Of a stretch of 64,000 nt of DNA, positions 25,200-38,548 are shown piece by piece. The stretch is from Octopus sinensis (Eukaryota), in contig NC_042997.1 of the NCBI RefSeq assembly GCF_006345805.1, forward strand, positions 56,544,001-56,608,000, given 5' to 3'. The notes below the pieces were generated by a model. It ran no database searches. It was given only the letters and a program-made list of their open reading frames with translations, and was not told the origin of the DNA. A program made the translations under genes and the position numbers. Positions within the stretch are counted from its first letter, which is position 1. The number at the start of each line of letters is the position of its first letter.

Positions 25200-28175
25200 A
25201 TTGGGAGTGTGGGTATACTCCTTGCTGAGAAATGGGTTGATAAGGTAATCGAGGTAGTCAGAGTCTGTGATAGAATACTTAAGCTTAGAATAGTGATGCA
25301 ACATGGAATAGCAACTATTATTTCAGCCTATGCTCCTCAGCCAGGTCTACTTGATGAACATAAAAACCAATTTTATGACACCCTCTTGCAGAATACCTCA
25401 TTGATGAATGACAGGGATCTTCTCTTTGTGGCTGGTGACTTTAGTGGGCTGTTGGACGACCTGAGGAGCTTCTATGGTGTGCATAGTGGTAACGAATTTG
25501 GTTCCTGCAATGAGGAGGAAACCAGGCTGCTGGAATTCTGTAATGCATATAATCTTATGCTGCCAATCACCTGTTCACCTACCAGTCTGGTGGACACACT
25601 AGTCAGATTGATTACATTCTTACCAGGATATGGGAAATATGGCTGCTTATAAATGCCAAAACTTTCACAGGTGAAGAATACTGGAGATTCCTATGGGACA
25701 ACCTGTTGAGGGCTACTGACCAAATCTGTGGCTGGTGCAAAGTTCCCTCTCGAACTAAGGTGACATGGTGGTGGAACAATATAGTTGACAGGGCCATTAG
25801 AGAAAAGAAACAGGCCTGGAAAGGCTGGAAGTGTGGTGATAGCAGGGAACTGTATCAGAAAGCCAGAAGGGAAGCTAGGAGACAGGCTTACTTAGCCAGA
25901 GGAGAAGCAGATAAGAGGAAATTTACCAATGTTTTGTGTGGTGAGGACCAGAGATTTGGAGTGTTTTGAATTACAAGACAGTCTGTGAAAGAAAATCGCA
26001 ATATCATAGGAGAGAAATGTGTCCATATGGATGATGGCTCACTTGCATTTAATGATGCTGCAAAGAAAGACACTTGGAGACACCACTATGAAAGGATGAT
26101 AAATGAAGAGAATAAATGAGAGAAAGAGAGTCTGCCAAATGTTGACCCAAGTGAGGGACCAGCTATCCAAATTGACAGTACCTTTGTAGATAAAGCAAAT
26201 AAGGGTATGAAGACAGGAAAAGCCCCGGCCCATCAGGAATCACTGCTGAGATGCTTAAAATATCTAGTGGTGTAGGCTATAGTCTAGTCAACTGTATAGT
26301 TAACCCGGTGATACACAAAGGAGTCATACCCAATGACTGGTGCATCAGCACCATAGTCAACTGCTACAAAGGTAAGAGTGATGCCCTTGAAAGAAATAAT
26401 TACAGAGGTATCAAATTGTTGGATCAGGTAATGAAAGTCATGGAGAGGGTCATAGCCCAACTAATTAGGGAGATAGTTAGATTAGAGGAAATGCTGTTTG
26501 GTTTTGTGTCAGAGAGAAGCACCATTGATGCCATATTTCTGGTAAGACAGCTGCAGGAGAAATACCTAGCCAAAGATAAGCTCCTGTACCTGGCTTTCGT
26601 TGACATGGAGAAAGCCTTTGACAGGATCTCCCAATCCCTTATCTGATAGTCAATGAGGAAACTAGGAATAGATGAGTGGTTGGTGAGAGCTGTACAAGCT
26701 CTGTACAGGAATACTGTCAGTAATGTGAGTGTTGGCAACAAGTACAGTGAAGAATTCAGGGTACAAGTAGGGGTTCACCATGGATCAATCCTCAGCCTCC
26801 TCTTGTTCATCATAGTCCTCCAGGTAATAACAGAGGAATTCAAGATAGGCTGCCCCTACAAGCTCTTCTATGTTGATGCTCTTGCTCTTATAGATGAGTC
26901 ACAATCAGAACTAGAGAAGTTTAAAGTGTGGAAGTAAGGTCTAGAATTGAAGGGCCTTAGAGTTAACCCAGCAAAAACCAAAAGTCTTAGTAAGTAGGAA
27001 GGCAGACAAATCCCAAATCCCTTCAGATAGATGGCCCTGCTCAATCTGCAGAAAAGGAGTAAGTAGAAACTCCATAAGTTGTACCCAGTGTAAGCTATGG
27101 ACGCATAAGAGGTGCAGCAATATTAAAGGAAGGTTTACAGGGAAGATAGTTTGTGTGCATGGAAGGTGCACAGGCACAATAAACACTGAAAATGTACAGA
27201 AAATAGATTCCATCACATGCTAGGGGAAAAAACTAGTCAATAACATCTGTTACCTAGGTGACCAAGTCAGTAGCTGGGGTGGATTCTCAGAGAGCATAGC
27301 TGCAAGAATAAGAATAGACTGAGCTAAGTTCTGAGAGCTCCTACCTCTGCTGGTAACAAAGGGCTTCTCGCTCAGAGTGAAAGGCAGACTGTATGATATA
27401 TGTGTGTGAACAGCCATGCAGTGAAACATGGTCTGTGACTGCTGAGGGCATGCGTAAGTTTGCAAGAAGTGAAGCTAGTATTCTCCACTGGATGTATAAT
27501 ATCAGTGTGCATACACGACAGTGTAAGCATCCTGAGAGAAAAGTTAGACATAAGAAGCATCAGATGTGGTGTGCAAGAGAAATGACTGTGCTGGTATGGT
27601 CATGTGATGCATATGGATGAGGACAATTGTGTGAAGAAGTGTTGCACTCTAACAGTGGAAGAGATAGACCCAGGAAGACATGGAACAAGGTGGTGAAGCA
27701 CAATCTTCGTGTGTTGGGCTTCACAGAGGCAATGACAAGTGACCGAGACCTTTGGAGATATGTTGTGCTTGAGAAGACCTGTCGAGCCAAGTGAGATCGT
27801 AGTCATGGCTGATGCCAATGTCATGTAACTGGCTCATTGAAAGCAACCTTCAATCGTTGGGTGATATGCTGTGCTTGTGAAGATCTGTTGAAGTGAGTGA
27901 AATCGTAGTTATGGCTGATGCCAGTACCATCTGACTGGCACCTGTGCTGGTGGCACATGAAAAGCACTGTTCAAGCATTAGGCCTAATAGAGGCAGTGAC
28001 AGGCGACCAAGACCTTTGGTGATATAATGAGCTTGTGTAGATCTGTCAAGCCAAGTGAGACCATAGTTGTAGCTGACACCAATGTCAAGGCAATGGCACT
28101 CACGCCAGTTGCACATAAAAAAACACCCACTACACTCTTGGAGTGGTTGGCATTAGGAAGGGCATCCAGCTGTAG
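25200..28175 (+). mobile_element. Near-full-length decayed RTE LINE with 3' UTR repeats
   Basis: APE motifs (SAYAPQ, AGDF), RT motifs (FVDMEKAFD, GVHHGS), the PHD-like finger and the 3' tail. It has many stops and frameshifts. Confidence 0.92.
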
Positions 28176-31100
28176 AACTTCGATCTAACCCTGAGCTTGG
28201 GAGAACAAACTCGAGTTGGATAAACTCAAATAGTAAGCAATTTGCTCTTTATAACATAGCAATTCACCATACGCAGGCATAAAGGAAAAAATGAGTTCAT
28301 ACTAATCCTGATATAATGACCTGCCTGAATGTGTCTACGAGTCATCTAAGACACATGCATACCATGTACAATAGACAGTCTAGTTAAAAGACATACCACG
28401 GGGGGAGGGAGGATGTAGCATAAACCCACGCCTTAAAGCAATTTTATGCAATTTTGGAGAGGGGTGAAATTACCCTTATGATTAAAAGTTATGATCAACA
28501 ATTGTTGATTTAAATCAGACCAGTTTTATTAGTTATCCTGAGATAAAGGTTTTTAAATTTTCCTAACTGATATTTCTCACAAAAAATTTGCAGTTTGTAA
28601 AAATGTACAAATTATCTTGCATGAACTGTTCAAACATACACAAACAGTAGAAACAGAATCATTCGTTTATGATCTCCTCTTGTTCAGACCGGTCGACGTA
28701 ATGGAGCATCTTTTGGTAGAAGCTATCGCAGTGTTCATGAGTTATTTCATCGAACTTTTCAGATATCAATTGGTAAAGCTCTGGCTTGTTCTTTGCCTCA
28801 CCTTGGATAACCAAGCGTGGAGCTTAGGTGTTCCACTCATAAACACATATATCGCCCGGTCTGAGATTCGAACCTGCAATCCCTCTTAAAAGAACCAATC
28901 CATTTGCTTTGAGGAACTGCAAATTGAACAACATTTTAACGAAAAATGTGAATTCATTAAACGGTTATAAAGAGCAAAGAGCTTACTATTCGAGTTTATC
29001 CAACTCGAGTTTGTTGTCCCAAGCTCAGGGTTAGACCGAAGTTCAAGCAACAGTGGGCTCTACTGGACAAGTTAGATAAGATAGACATGTATTCCCTTAC
29101 GGCTGATGTAGTTTAACTCTTTTTTTTTTTCAAGGCTTGAGCACCAATTGAAAAATTCAAATTTGATTGCAAAGAATTCAAATTTGATGGCAAAGAATCC
29201 AAACTAGATTGAAAACATCTATATTATCAAACCATAGTAAACTTAGTCACTAAATCAATCAAAAGGTATTCATTTCATCCTCCTCATCATCATCATTTTA
29301 ATGTCCACTTTCATATACTTGCATGGGCCTAATAGAGTTTATTGAGGAAAAATTTGTCCTTCCTGCTCCCAACCCTCACCTGTCCAACCCCAACATGTCC
29401 TTCCTGTTTTCAACCCTTATCTGTGTCCAAGAAAGATAATATTTCCTCTTGACCAAACATGTAATCACAAGTTTGAAACTGAAAGATACTACCTGCATGA
29501 CAGTGACACTCATTTGCAACCACCATGATATGTCACCCAAACACACACTCTCTCTCTCTCTCTTTTGTTACCCTGAAACTGTAACCTAGTCACTGACAAA
29601 AGGTGCAACCATAAACTTGACAAAAGGTGCAACCACAAACTTGACAAAAGGTGTACTATGCACTTTTTGTCAGTGATCAGGTCAGTTAGCAATCTTTGTG
29701 TGTTCCATGCTGCAACATGTGAATGGCTAACATGTGTCTTCCATGCTGCAATCACTTTAGTTTCACAACGTTATCTCGATAAACAAAAAAACAAACAAAA
29801 ACAATAGCAACAACAACATCATCATCATCATCATCGTTATCATCATCATTTAATGCCTGTTTTCTACATTGACATGGGTGAATGGTTTGACAAGACCTGA
29901 TAAGTAAAAGGGCAATGTCAAACTCTGTTGTCTGTTTTGACATGGTTTCTATGGTCAGACTCTTTCCCTAACACCAGCCAGCACATTTCTTTGTAACACC
30001 AGCACTGGCAGGGTCATCAAGTAACTTGCAAGGCAAGACAGTCCCCTTGTCTGAGGGGAGTAGTATTGAGGGAGGTGGCTTTGTGCCAGATGAGGAGAAG
30101 TTAAAATAGTTATTTCTTTATTGCCCACATGGGGCTAAACATAGAGGGGACAAACAAGGACAGACAAAGGGATTAAGTCGATTACATCGACTCCAGTGTG
30201 TAACTGGTACTAAATTTATCGACCCTGAAAGGATGAAAGGCAAAGTTGACCTTGCAAATGGTAGAAAGTAGGGTCTGATTTAAATCAACAATTGTTGATC
30301 ATAACTTTTAATCATAAGGGTAATTTCACCCCTCTCCAAAATTACATAAAATTGCTTTAAAGCACGGGTTTATGCTACATCCTCCCTCCCCCCATGGTAT
30401 GTCTTTTAACTAGACTGTCTATTGTACATGGCATGCATGTGTCTTAGATGACACGTAGACGCATTCAGGCAGGTCGTTATATCAGGATTAGTATGAGCTC
30501 ATTTTTTCCTTTATGTATGGTGAATTGCTATTAGTAGTAGTATTATGCAAAAGTAATGCTCATAGGTTCTTGATAGCTGCAGAGTTTTCATTTGAGAACT
30601 ATGCTATTCGAGCTTTCTATTCCAACTTTACCCAAGAGTGACCTTAAAAGAATCATTCCATTTGCTTTGAGGAGCAGCAAATTGAGTAATTTTTTAACAA
30701 AAGAAGTGACTTCATAAAACGATTATAAAGAGCAAAGAGCTTATTATTTGAGTTTATCCAACTCGGGTTTGTTGTCCCAAGCTTGGAGTTAGATCACAGT
30801 TTGAGTAACAGTGGGCTCTACTGGACAAGTTAGATAAGATAGACATGTATTCCCTTACAGCTGATGTAGCTTAACTTTTTTTTTTTTCAAGGCTTGAACA
30901 CCAATTTCAAGAAACTAGCTTTGAATCGATTTGTGGTCTACGAATATTCTTTCAAATATGAAGACTCCTACTTTCTACCATTTGCAACACTTCAGCGCAT
31001 GCCTGTTGACCATTTTCTGCATTTTAGCTTGTCTTACAAAGTCTCTTTGAAAAATTCAAATTTGATTGCAAAAAATTCAAATTTTATTGCAAAGAATTCA

Positions 31101-31854
31101 AATTTGATGGCAAAGAATTCAAATTTGATTGCAAAGAATTCAAATTTGATTCCAAAGAATTCAAATTTGATGGCAAAGAATTCAAATTTGATGGTAAAGA
31201 ATTCAAATTTGATGGCAAAGAATTCAAATTTGATGCCAAAGAATTCGAATTTGATGCCAAAGAATTCAAATTTAATGGCAAAGAATTCAAATTTGATGGC
31301 AGATAATTCAAATTTGATGGCAGAGAATTCGAATTTGATGGCAGAGAATTCAAATTTGATGGCAGAGAATTCAAATTTGATGGTAAAGAATTCAAATTTG
31401 ATGGCAAAGAATTCAAATTTAATGGCAAAGAATTCAAATTTGATGCCAAAGAATTCAAATTTGATGCCAAAGAATTCAAATTTAATGGCAAAGAATTCAA
31501 ATTTGATGGCAGAGAATTCAAATTTGATGGCAGAGAATTCAAATTTGATGGCAAAGAATTCAAATTTGATGGTAAAAACTTCAAATTTTATTGCAAAGAA
31601 TTCGAATTTGATGGCAAAGAATTCGAATTTGATGGTAAAAACTTCAAATTTGATTGCAAAGTATTCGAATTTGATGGCAAAGAATTCAAATTTGATGGTA
31701 AAGAATTCAAATTTGATGGCAAAGAATTCAAATTTGATGGCAAAGAGTTCAAATTTGATGGTAAAGAATTCAAATTTGATGGCAAAGAATTTGAATTTGA
31801 TGGCAAATAATTCAGATTTGATTGCAAAGAATCCAAACTAGATCGAAAACATCT
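28176..31854. mobile_element. Rearranged pieces of an unclassified long-TIR (foldback-like) element with terminal 21-bp repeats
   Basis: 28176-28255 is inverted relative to 28965-29044. 28256-28520 is inverted relative to 30272-30530. 28885-29220 is a direct copy of 30643-31854 apart from a ~140-bp deletion and the array length. Both direct copies end in ...AAACTAGATYGAAAACATCT. Confidence 0.7.
31050..31835. repeat. 21-bp minisatellite, ~37 units (AAAGAATTCAAATTTGATGGC)
   Basis: Seen directly. Short arrays of the same unit occur at 29150-29200 and 51270-51380. Confidence 0.95.
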
Positions 31855-32649
31855 GTATTATAGCTGGATAATCTCTTCAGTTCCATACCATAAAGATTGT
31901 ATACTTCTTGAAAGGGTAAAATAATAGATAATAACTCTCAAGATAAAAAAGGCGAGAGTGTATAGTGATATTGTCTCCTTAGACTGTACATTCACTAATA
32001 CCTATGAGCACTTTTACGCTATCTGTAAAATCAAATGTTTCAAAGTATGATTTCAAAAGTAACCCTATATTTCATGATTCTTTATAAACTGCCAACAAAC
32101 TAATTTTTTCAAATAATGGTGAAATTTCCTTGGGTTCTGCTTGCAAATAAACTGTGAACACTAAGTAATTATATATTATATTGTTTGTTTATTATTACTT
32201 TGTTTTTGGTAAAATATTTACTAATTGTAGGTACTAATACCAAAATTTACAGACAAATAAAGCATGCTAGGCATCTTACTTTGTAAAATGTCATGACCTG
32301 CAATTTTTCCTTGAAAAGATTGTATTTCAGATTTGTGTATTTTTTTATAAATACCATGATCAGGATATGTTGACCGATATATTGAAACCAACTTAATCAC
32401 ATTTTGATTCTTTTGGCCTTAGAGACATTATTATGGATACATTTTTGAAGTCTGAATCAGGGAAAAATTAACTCAATGCTATATTAGAGTTGAGATTTCC
32501 CCTTCTAGTCTTTGATTTATATACCACAGTTACACCATAATGGTAAACCCTTTATGGACAGGAAACCCAGGGTAACTAATATTATATGGCAATATTATAT
32601 GGTTACTAATATTATATAGGTCACCTGAAATCTAAGCAATATAATTAAA

Positions 32650-33025
32650 TTAACTAATCTTCCCCACTTCATGATTCTGCAATTTAAGCAAAACCAATTT
32701 AGCCGAATTATTAACTGATTCAATTTGCTTCAGGTGGGCATCAACAGCCCAAGCAGGATACTGAACAGCAGATTCCTCAGATTTCAACGAAATAAGGTAC
32801 TCATGGAGGGAATCTTTTGAGTGACTCGTCTCTTTTTCCTCATTTTTGTCTCCTTTTCCTTCTCCTCCTCCTCCTATTCTTCTTCTTCCACCTCCTCCTC
32901 TTCCTCCTCCTCCTCCTTCTTCTTCTTCTCCTCCTTCTCCTTCTTTATAATCTTCTTGTTCAAGATGGTCATTATAATTTACCCACGCAACTTCAGTATC
33001 AACTAGGTTGTTTGACTTCTCCCTT
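32650..33025 (-). CDS. ANKRD60-like gene, terminal coding exon (Glu/Gly low-complexity tail)
   Basis: Strong acceptor (tttttcactgtag|). The phase-2 junction with exon 34934-35032 gives the open frame REKSNNLVD...VGKIS*. Confidence 0.7.
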
Positions 33026-34229
33026 CTACAGTGAAAAAAATAAAAAATAAAAATAAAGAGGAGTTGAAACATAAAAAATTAAGATCAATAATATAATAAT
33101 AATATAACTGCATCTGAAAGAAAAAAGAGAACTGTCATAAATTGGACATTTATTTTCTATTATTCTGTTTAACAGGAAGAGCCAATTCAATGACATTTAA
33201 ACTGGGTATTTTAAAATAATTTCCACTAGCATATAGTCTATTAAATTAGATTTGATTTAAGCAAACATAATCAAATATAGTTTAATTTTAATGTAAATGA
33301 CAGCTAGAAACTAAATTATATTTAATATAGGCTCATGTATCACTGTATTACTGTATCGACCAGACTATTGGGTGTTGTTATACATGCTGGTCACAATGCA
33401 CTCCCTCACAGTGTTATAGCTCTCAAATGATACCACCCTACTGGCTAGGCAGGCAGGCTTGCATTCCTCTTGAACAGAATGTCTGTCCATCACAGAGTTC
33501 CATCACAGAGTTACTCATTTACAGCTGAGTGGACTGAAGCAGTATGAAGTGTTTTGCTCAAGAACACATACCACTAGTCTGGGAACTGAAACCACAGTCT
33601 TGCAATTGTGATTACAACACACTAACCACTTAGCAATGTGCCTTCACACATATGCTTATAAAAATTGATAAAATAAGAGGTTACAAACTCAATAGGCATA
33701 TTATAAGTATCATGGTTTTGATTTGGGTCATATTATCTGTGATATAACTGGAATCTGCAGCTTAAGGTAAGTTACTCTGAGACACCATTCACATAAAAAT
33801 CAATAGTTAAGTTGGAGTTGAACATTTTTAATGCACACTACATTAGAATTTCCAAATTAGATTTTCAATACTTTGCATTAAACATGATCAGCAGCAGACT
33901 AGAGTATGGTATCACTTAGGAATTAAAAAATCACAAACTACAAAGCAAACAAAGCTGTAATTTTGAACTACCTATTGTATTCCACCACTATATACAATAA
34001 TTTCATTATATTATATATATGTATTGTACCATAAGATTACAGCACTATAAAGACATTAACACACATAATCTGAAGATAATAACAAAAATAACAAACATTT
34101 ACAAAAATACATACACAGAAAAATTAATATATTGTTAGTACCAGTTCCTTCAAACAAGCTACACACAATTTGAAAAGTGATACATATGAATAGAGTAGAT
34201 GTGAATACATTTCCTTCCTTCTTGAATCC

Positions 34230-34860
34230 CACAGCTCATTGCAAGATCAGAGGGTCACCATTATGGTGCATTGTACACCAGTCTTTTCCATCCGTTGAAG
34301 AAGCTTGATCAAGTTTGGATCTCTACTAATGATTTCCTTGCCCATCTTTTCTGCTTGCTACTCTCCTTTTCCTTGTCCCTTCAGTTCCTTGAGAAATATT
34401 CCCCAACAAGATCACAATATCTTGTTATATGACCATATTTCTTTCCTTCACTATTGTGAAAAAGTCCTCTTAGTAGTCGATGAGATACTGAAAGATTTGA
34501 CAAACTTTGCATGTTTGTCATATGACCCAAATATCAAATGACAAACATGCTGTAGCAGCATCTGACTTCTTTCTCTGTATCTCTGGAGTGAGATGAGGAC
34601 ATACTTTACATATGGTACAGGAAGTTGGGGAGTATCAGTGCATGCAGGAATTCGATTTTGGTCTTTATGGCAATGTTTCTATCTTTCCTTATTGCTTAAA
34701 TTTGATTAATGCAGTCATAGTCTCTCTGGTTCATGGAAGATTTCTTATCTTGAACCTATATCATTTACAATTTCCCCTAGGGATTTCAACTTATTCAACT
34801 TATGCACTACCTCTAGTATCTGTCCTTGGATAGAGAAGTTGCCATTTGTCATCAGTTTGA
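34230..34860 (-). mobile_element. Heavily decayed RTE-like LINE 3' fragment (a different family)
   Basis: Interrupted translation KDRNIAIKTKIEFLHALILP... resembles an RTE C-terminus. Confidence 0.5.
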
Positions 34861-34933
34861 TTTATTCAGAGCTGGTTGCTATTCCAACAAATTTAAGAAA
34901 ATAGCATGTAAAAGTAAATTCTATCATACTTAC

Positions 34934-35032
34934 AATATACTAGCACTTGAAGATTCATTCAAACCATCAATATCTTGAATATTTGGAATACTTTCTGTAG
35001 CTGGAGATGTTTTGCTCTTATGTATTTTAGAC
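34934..35032 (-). CDS. ANKRD60-like gene exon (99 nt, phase 2-2)
   Basis: ttgacag| ... |gtaagt; encodes SKIHKSKTSPATESIPNIQDIDGLNESSSASI. Confidence 0.7.
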
Positions 35033-36499
35033 CTGTCAAAGAAAATGATAGATATATCTTTTAAAATAGTTAACATTCAGACTTCTTTGGTTCACTACCC
35101 ATTTCCCTCTATACATTATACTTCAGTCCTCATAACCTCTATCTTATAACATTTCTTATAAGAGTTGAGACACAGAAAACTGCATAAGATATTAATACAT
35201 GAAATTTTAAAATCCACCTCTTGGTAACAACTCAAAATGCTCTCAAACAATATTAATGATCCTGGATATAAATAGGGCTAAATTTGGGAACTGTTGTTTT
35301 AAAAGAGAAGCATCAGTAACAATGTTTCGATTATATTTTCATTTAAATAAGTGATTCTGAAGCTGCTACTATGAAAGTAATATGTAGATTGGAATTAAAG
35401 AATTACAGAATGCAGAAAATCAGAGCAGTTTGTAAGAAATAAGGTGACATCAACATCATCATTTAATATCTATGTTCGATGCTGACATGAGTTGGATTGT
35501 TTGACAGGATCTGATGGATCCAAGGACTACACTGTGTTCCAGTGTATGCTTTGACATCATTTCTGTAGTCAGATGCCCATCCTAATGCTAGCCACTTTAC
35601 AGTGTGTACAGGGTGCATTTTTAAAATCACCACACTAATGAGGTCATCTTGACAGGCTATGAACTTCAAGATGGGCAGTTTTATACCTGGAGATTAGGGG
35701 TTAAAGTATGAGAGAAGGGGGCCAGAGTAGACCAGATTTCTTGCTGTAGAAGAACAACATAACTACTCATATTTAGAAGAGAGGGTGAAAGTTAGTGGAA
35801 TGAGCTGAAAAGAGATAAAATAGTGGTGATAAGGTGCTTGGGTGACACCCCAAGGTACACAGGTGAGTAAAAGTGAATAGGGACAGAGAAACCAGGCATA
35901 TGGGTGGGAACAGTTGCAGGAGTGTATAGGGGAGTGGGAGCTGAGGAAGTGGAGGAGAGGGGAGTGGTAGACAACCCTGTGAAGAATGGGTAGGCTTGAA
36001 GGGTGGATATAGTGAATGGTGGATAAGGGGTGGAGGACAACTAATAATGGATGAGTTAAGGGAAGTAGGGAGTGCAGAAGAAAGTGGCACAGAGAGTGGC
36101 AGGATAGTAATTATGATGCACTAGACAGGGGAAGATGAGAGAGAGAGAGAGAGATGACTTGTGATTGGATAGGTTGCAGGAGTGGTGGATGAGGCAGGTG
36201 TAGTGCATGTGAAAAGGGAGATATGTATGGTGGTGGAGGAGAAGAGGTAATTTGGGGGTTCTGTGGTGGTGGAGGTGATAAATGTAAAGCGTGTATGGAA
36301 AGAAGAGCATTAATGGATGAAGGATGGGTAACAAATGAAATGGTTCTGGGTAGTAACAAAAATAAATGGTATCAAGGAAGAACTAGGGTTAGAGAGATGA
36401 TGGGTGGAGGTGGGGTATTTGAGGAAAAGATTGAGCAAAGGGTCCAGTCATGCATTGCCAGTCATTTTAGTCCTTTGTCATTTCTTCTATGGGATTCAA

Positions 36500-38070
36500 G
36501 ATCCTGAAATCAGTTTTCACCACTTCATCCATATCTTCTTGGGTCTCCCTCTTCCACAAGCTCCATCCACATTAAGTGATCAGCACTTCTTTATATAGCT
36601 GCCCTCATCCCTACACATTACATATCCATACTAACACAGTCATCTTTCTTGCACATGAACTCTGATTCCTTTTGTGCCCAGCTTTCGTCTCAGTACATTT
36701 GTACTATGATTTTGTGCACACTTACATTGCACATCCTCAGGAACATGCTCACTTCATTTCATTCCAGTCTTCTCAAGTCCTCTGCATTCAAGCCCTATGT
36801 CTTACTACTATGCAGTATTGTAGCTCTAACACAAGCATTATACTATCTGCCCTTTACTTTGAGGGAAAAGACCTTTGTTGCTAACACTGGTAGTGGCTCC
36901 CCGAACTTTCTCCAACATGTTTTTATTCTAGCTAGTATACTTTCAGAGTAACCACCTTCCTTGCTAATTATACCTCCTTGATAACAAAAGCTATCAACTA
37001 CTTCTCATGAATCATCATCATCATCATCATCATCATCAACATTTAACATTTGTTTTCCATGCTGGCATGGGTTGAACAGCTTGAGAGGAACTGGTAAGGC
37101 CAAGGGCTGCATCAGGTTTCATAGTCTGTTTTAGATTGGTTTTTACAGCTGAATGCTCTTCCTAATGCCATCCACTTTACAGACTGTACTGGGTGCTTTT
37201 TATGTATTACTATCTCCAGTGCTTTTTATGTGGCACCAGCACCAGTGCCTTTTATATGGAACCAACATCCACACCAACACTTTTATGTGCTACTTTGGTT
37301 TAAGGATCTCAGTTCCGTTGTGGTGGACAGGTCGTCTCAAATACAGTGATGTGCCACATATATTGGCCCTTTGTCATCTCCTTTTTGAGATTGGCCTTCA
37401 ATATTTCATCCCATGTCTTCCTGGGTCTCCCTCTTCCACAACTTCCTTTTTGCTTTAAGTGATCAGCACTTTTTTATGCAACTGTCTTCATCCGTCTGCA
37501 TCACATAACCAAACCAGTGCAGTCTCCTCTCTTGCACACTGCATATAATTCCTCTTGCATAATTCCTCTCAATACACCAGTGCTCTGTTACACATACACA
37601 TTGACATCGCACATCCAGTGCAGCTTACCAACTTCATTCCTCTCTAGCCTTTATATGACATCTGCATTCAGGGTCAACATCTCACTACCATGCAGCATTG
37701 CAGTTCATATACATGCATCATACAATCTTCCTTCCACTCTGAGAGCGAAAGACCTTAGGTTGCCAACAGAGCCATCTGGGCATTAAAGAGAATCTATTTC
37801 CATGGTGTTCATAGTACATACTACTCTAGTGCATCTATTACATATGAAGCTTACATTCTCAGTTAGTCTACCTGTGCTTCCATTATATCTCTTGTGTGTC
37901 TATAGCTTACATTAAATACACTGTATGGAGTTTATACCTACTCGTTTTCTACACATTGAGCAAGGTTATTTCCTTGAAGAGACCAGGATCCTGTCTCCTT
38001 TCCTACTTACTAAAACTTTCAGCTTTGTTAACTTCTCAATTCTAAGTTTAGCTTCCATGCCTGGAATTTC
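36500..38070 (-). mobile_element. Several decayed RTE LINE fragments
   Basis: Antisense homology to the RTE copies at 1-820 and 25200-28175. Confidence 0.7.
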
Positions 38071-38548
38071 CTAAGGTTATATTTCATTTCTTTCCATGCA
38101 CCATACCAAATGAAAATATGAAGACCATGATAGCTAGTAGTATGATGATTTATACTTAGTCCATGCTGTAAAGTTGTTGGCAATAGAAAGGTCATCCAGG
38201 CATAAAAAAACCATGTCAAGAAACATATTCACTAAATCAATACTAATCCTTAATTGCTTATACAAGTCTAACACTTATGGTAGTGCTGTGCAAAGAAATG
38301 GCTACTTAGGTGTAAGCATCTCTTGATCATCATCAAATGTCTCTGCCAAGTCTCACTCAATTACTTTATTGTACAGATAGATATCAAACAGTTCATCCAT
38401 CACTGCTTCCACCAGAAACTACTCTCTTCCTGCCTGGAGCAACACTTCAGGCTTGTTACCATCAATGGCATTACCATTAGTCCTGTGGCCATCAATGTAA
38501 GGTAAGTCAGGAAAAACTTGAAGTAGTGCTAGAGTGGAGATGATTAGA

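Noticed and set aside
31050-31835. CRISPR array
   Set aside because: The units are contiguous with no unique spacers, there are no cas genes, and the context is eukaryotic.
30894-31841. 315-aa ORF of MAKNSNL repeats as a real gene
   Set aside because: It arises from a stop-free 21-bp tandem repeat that is part of a transposon-like terminus. The opposite strand is also largely open, and the start is TTG.
34230-34880. Additional large host exon
   Set aside because: Every frame has stops, and the residual similarity is to an RTE C-terminus.
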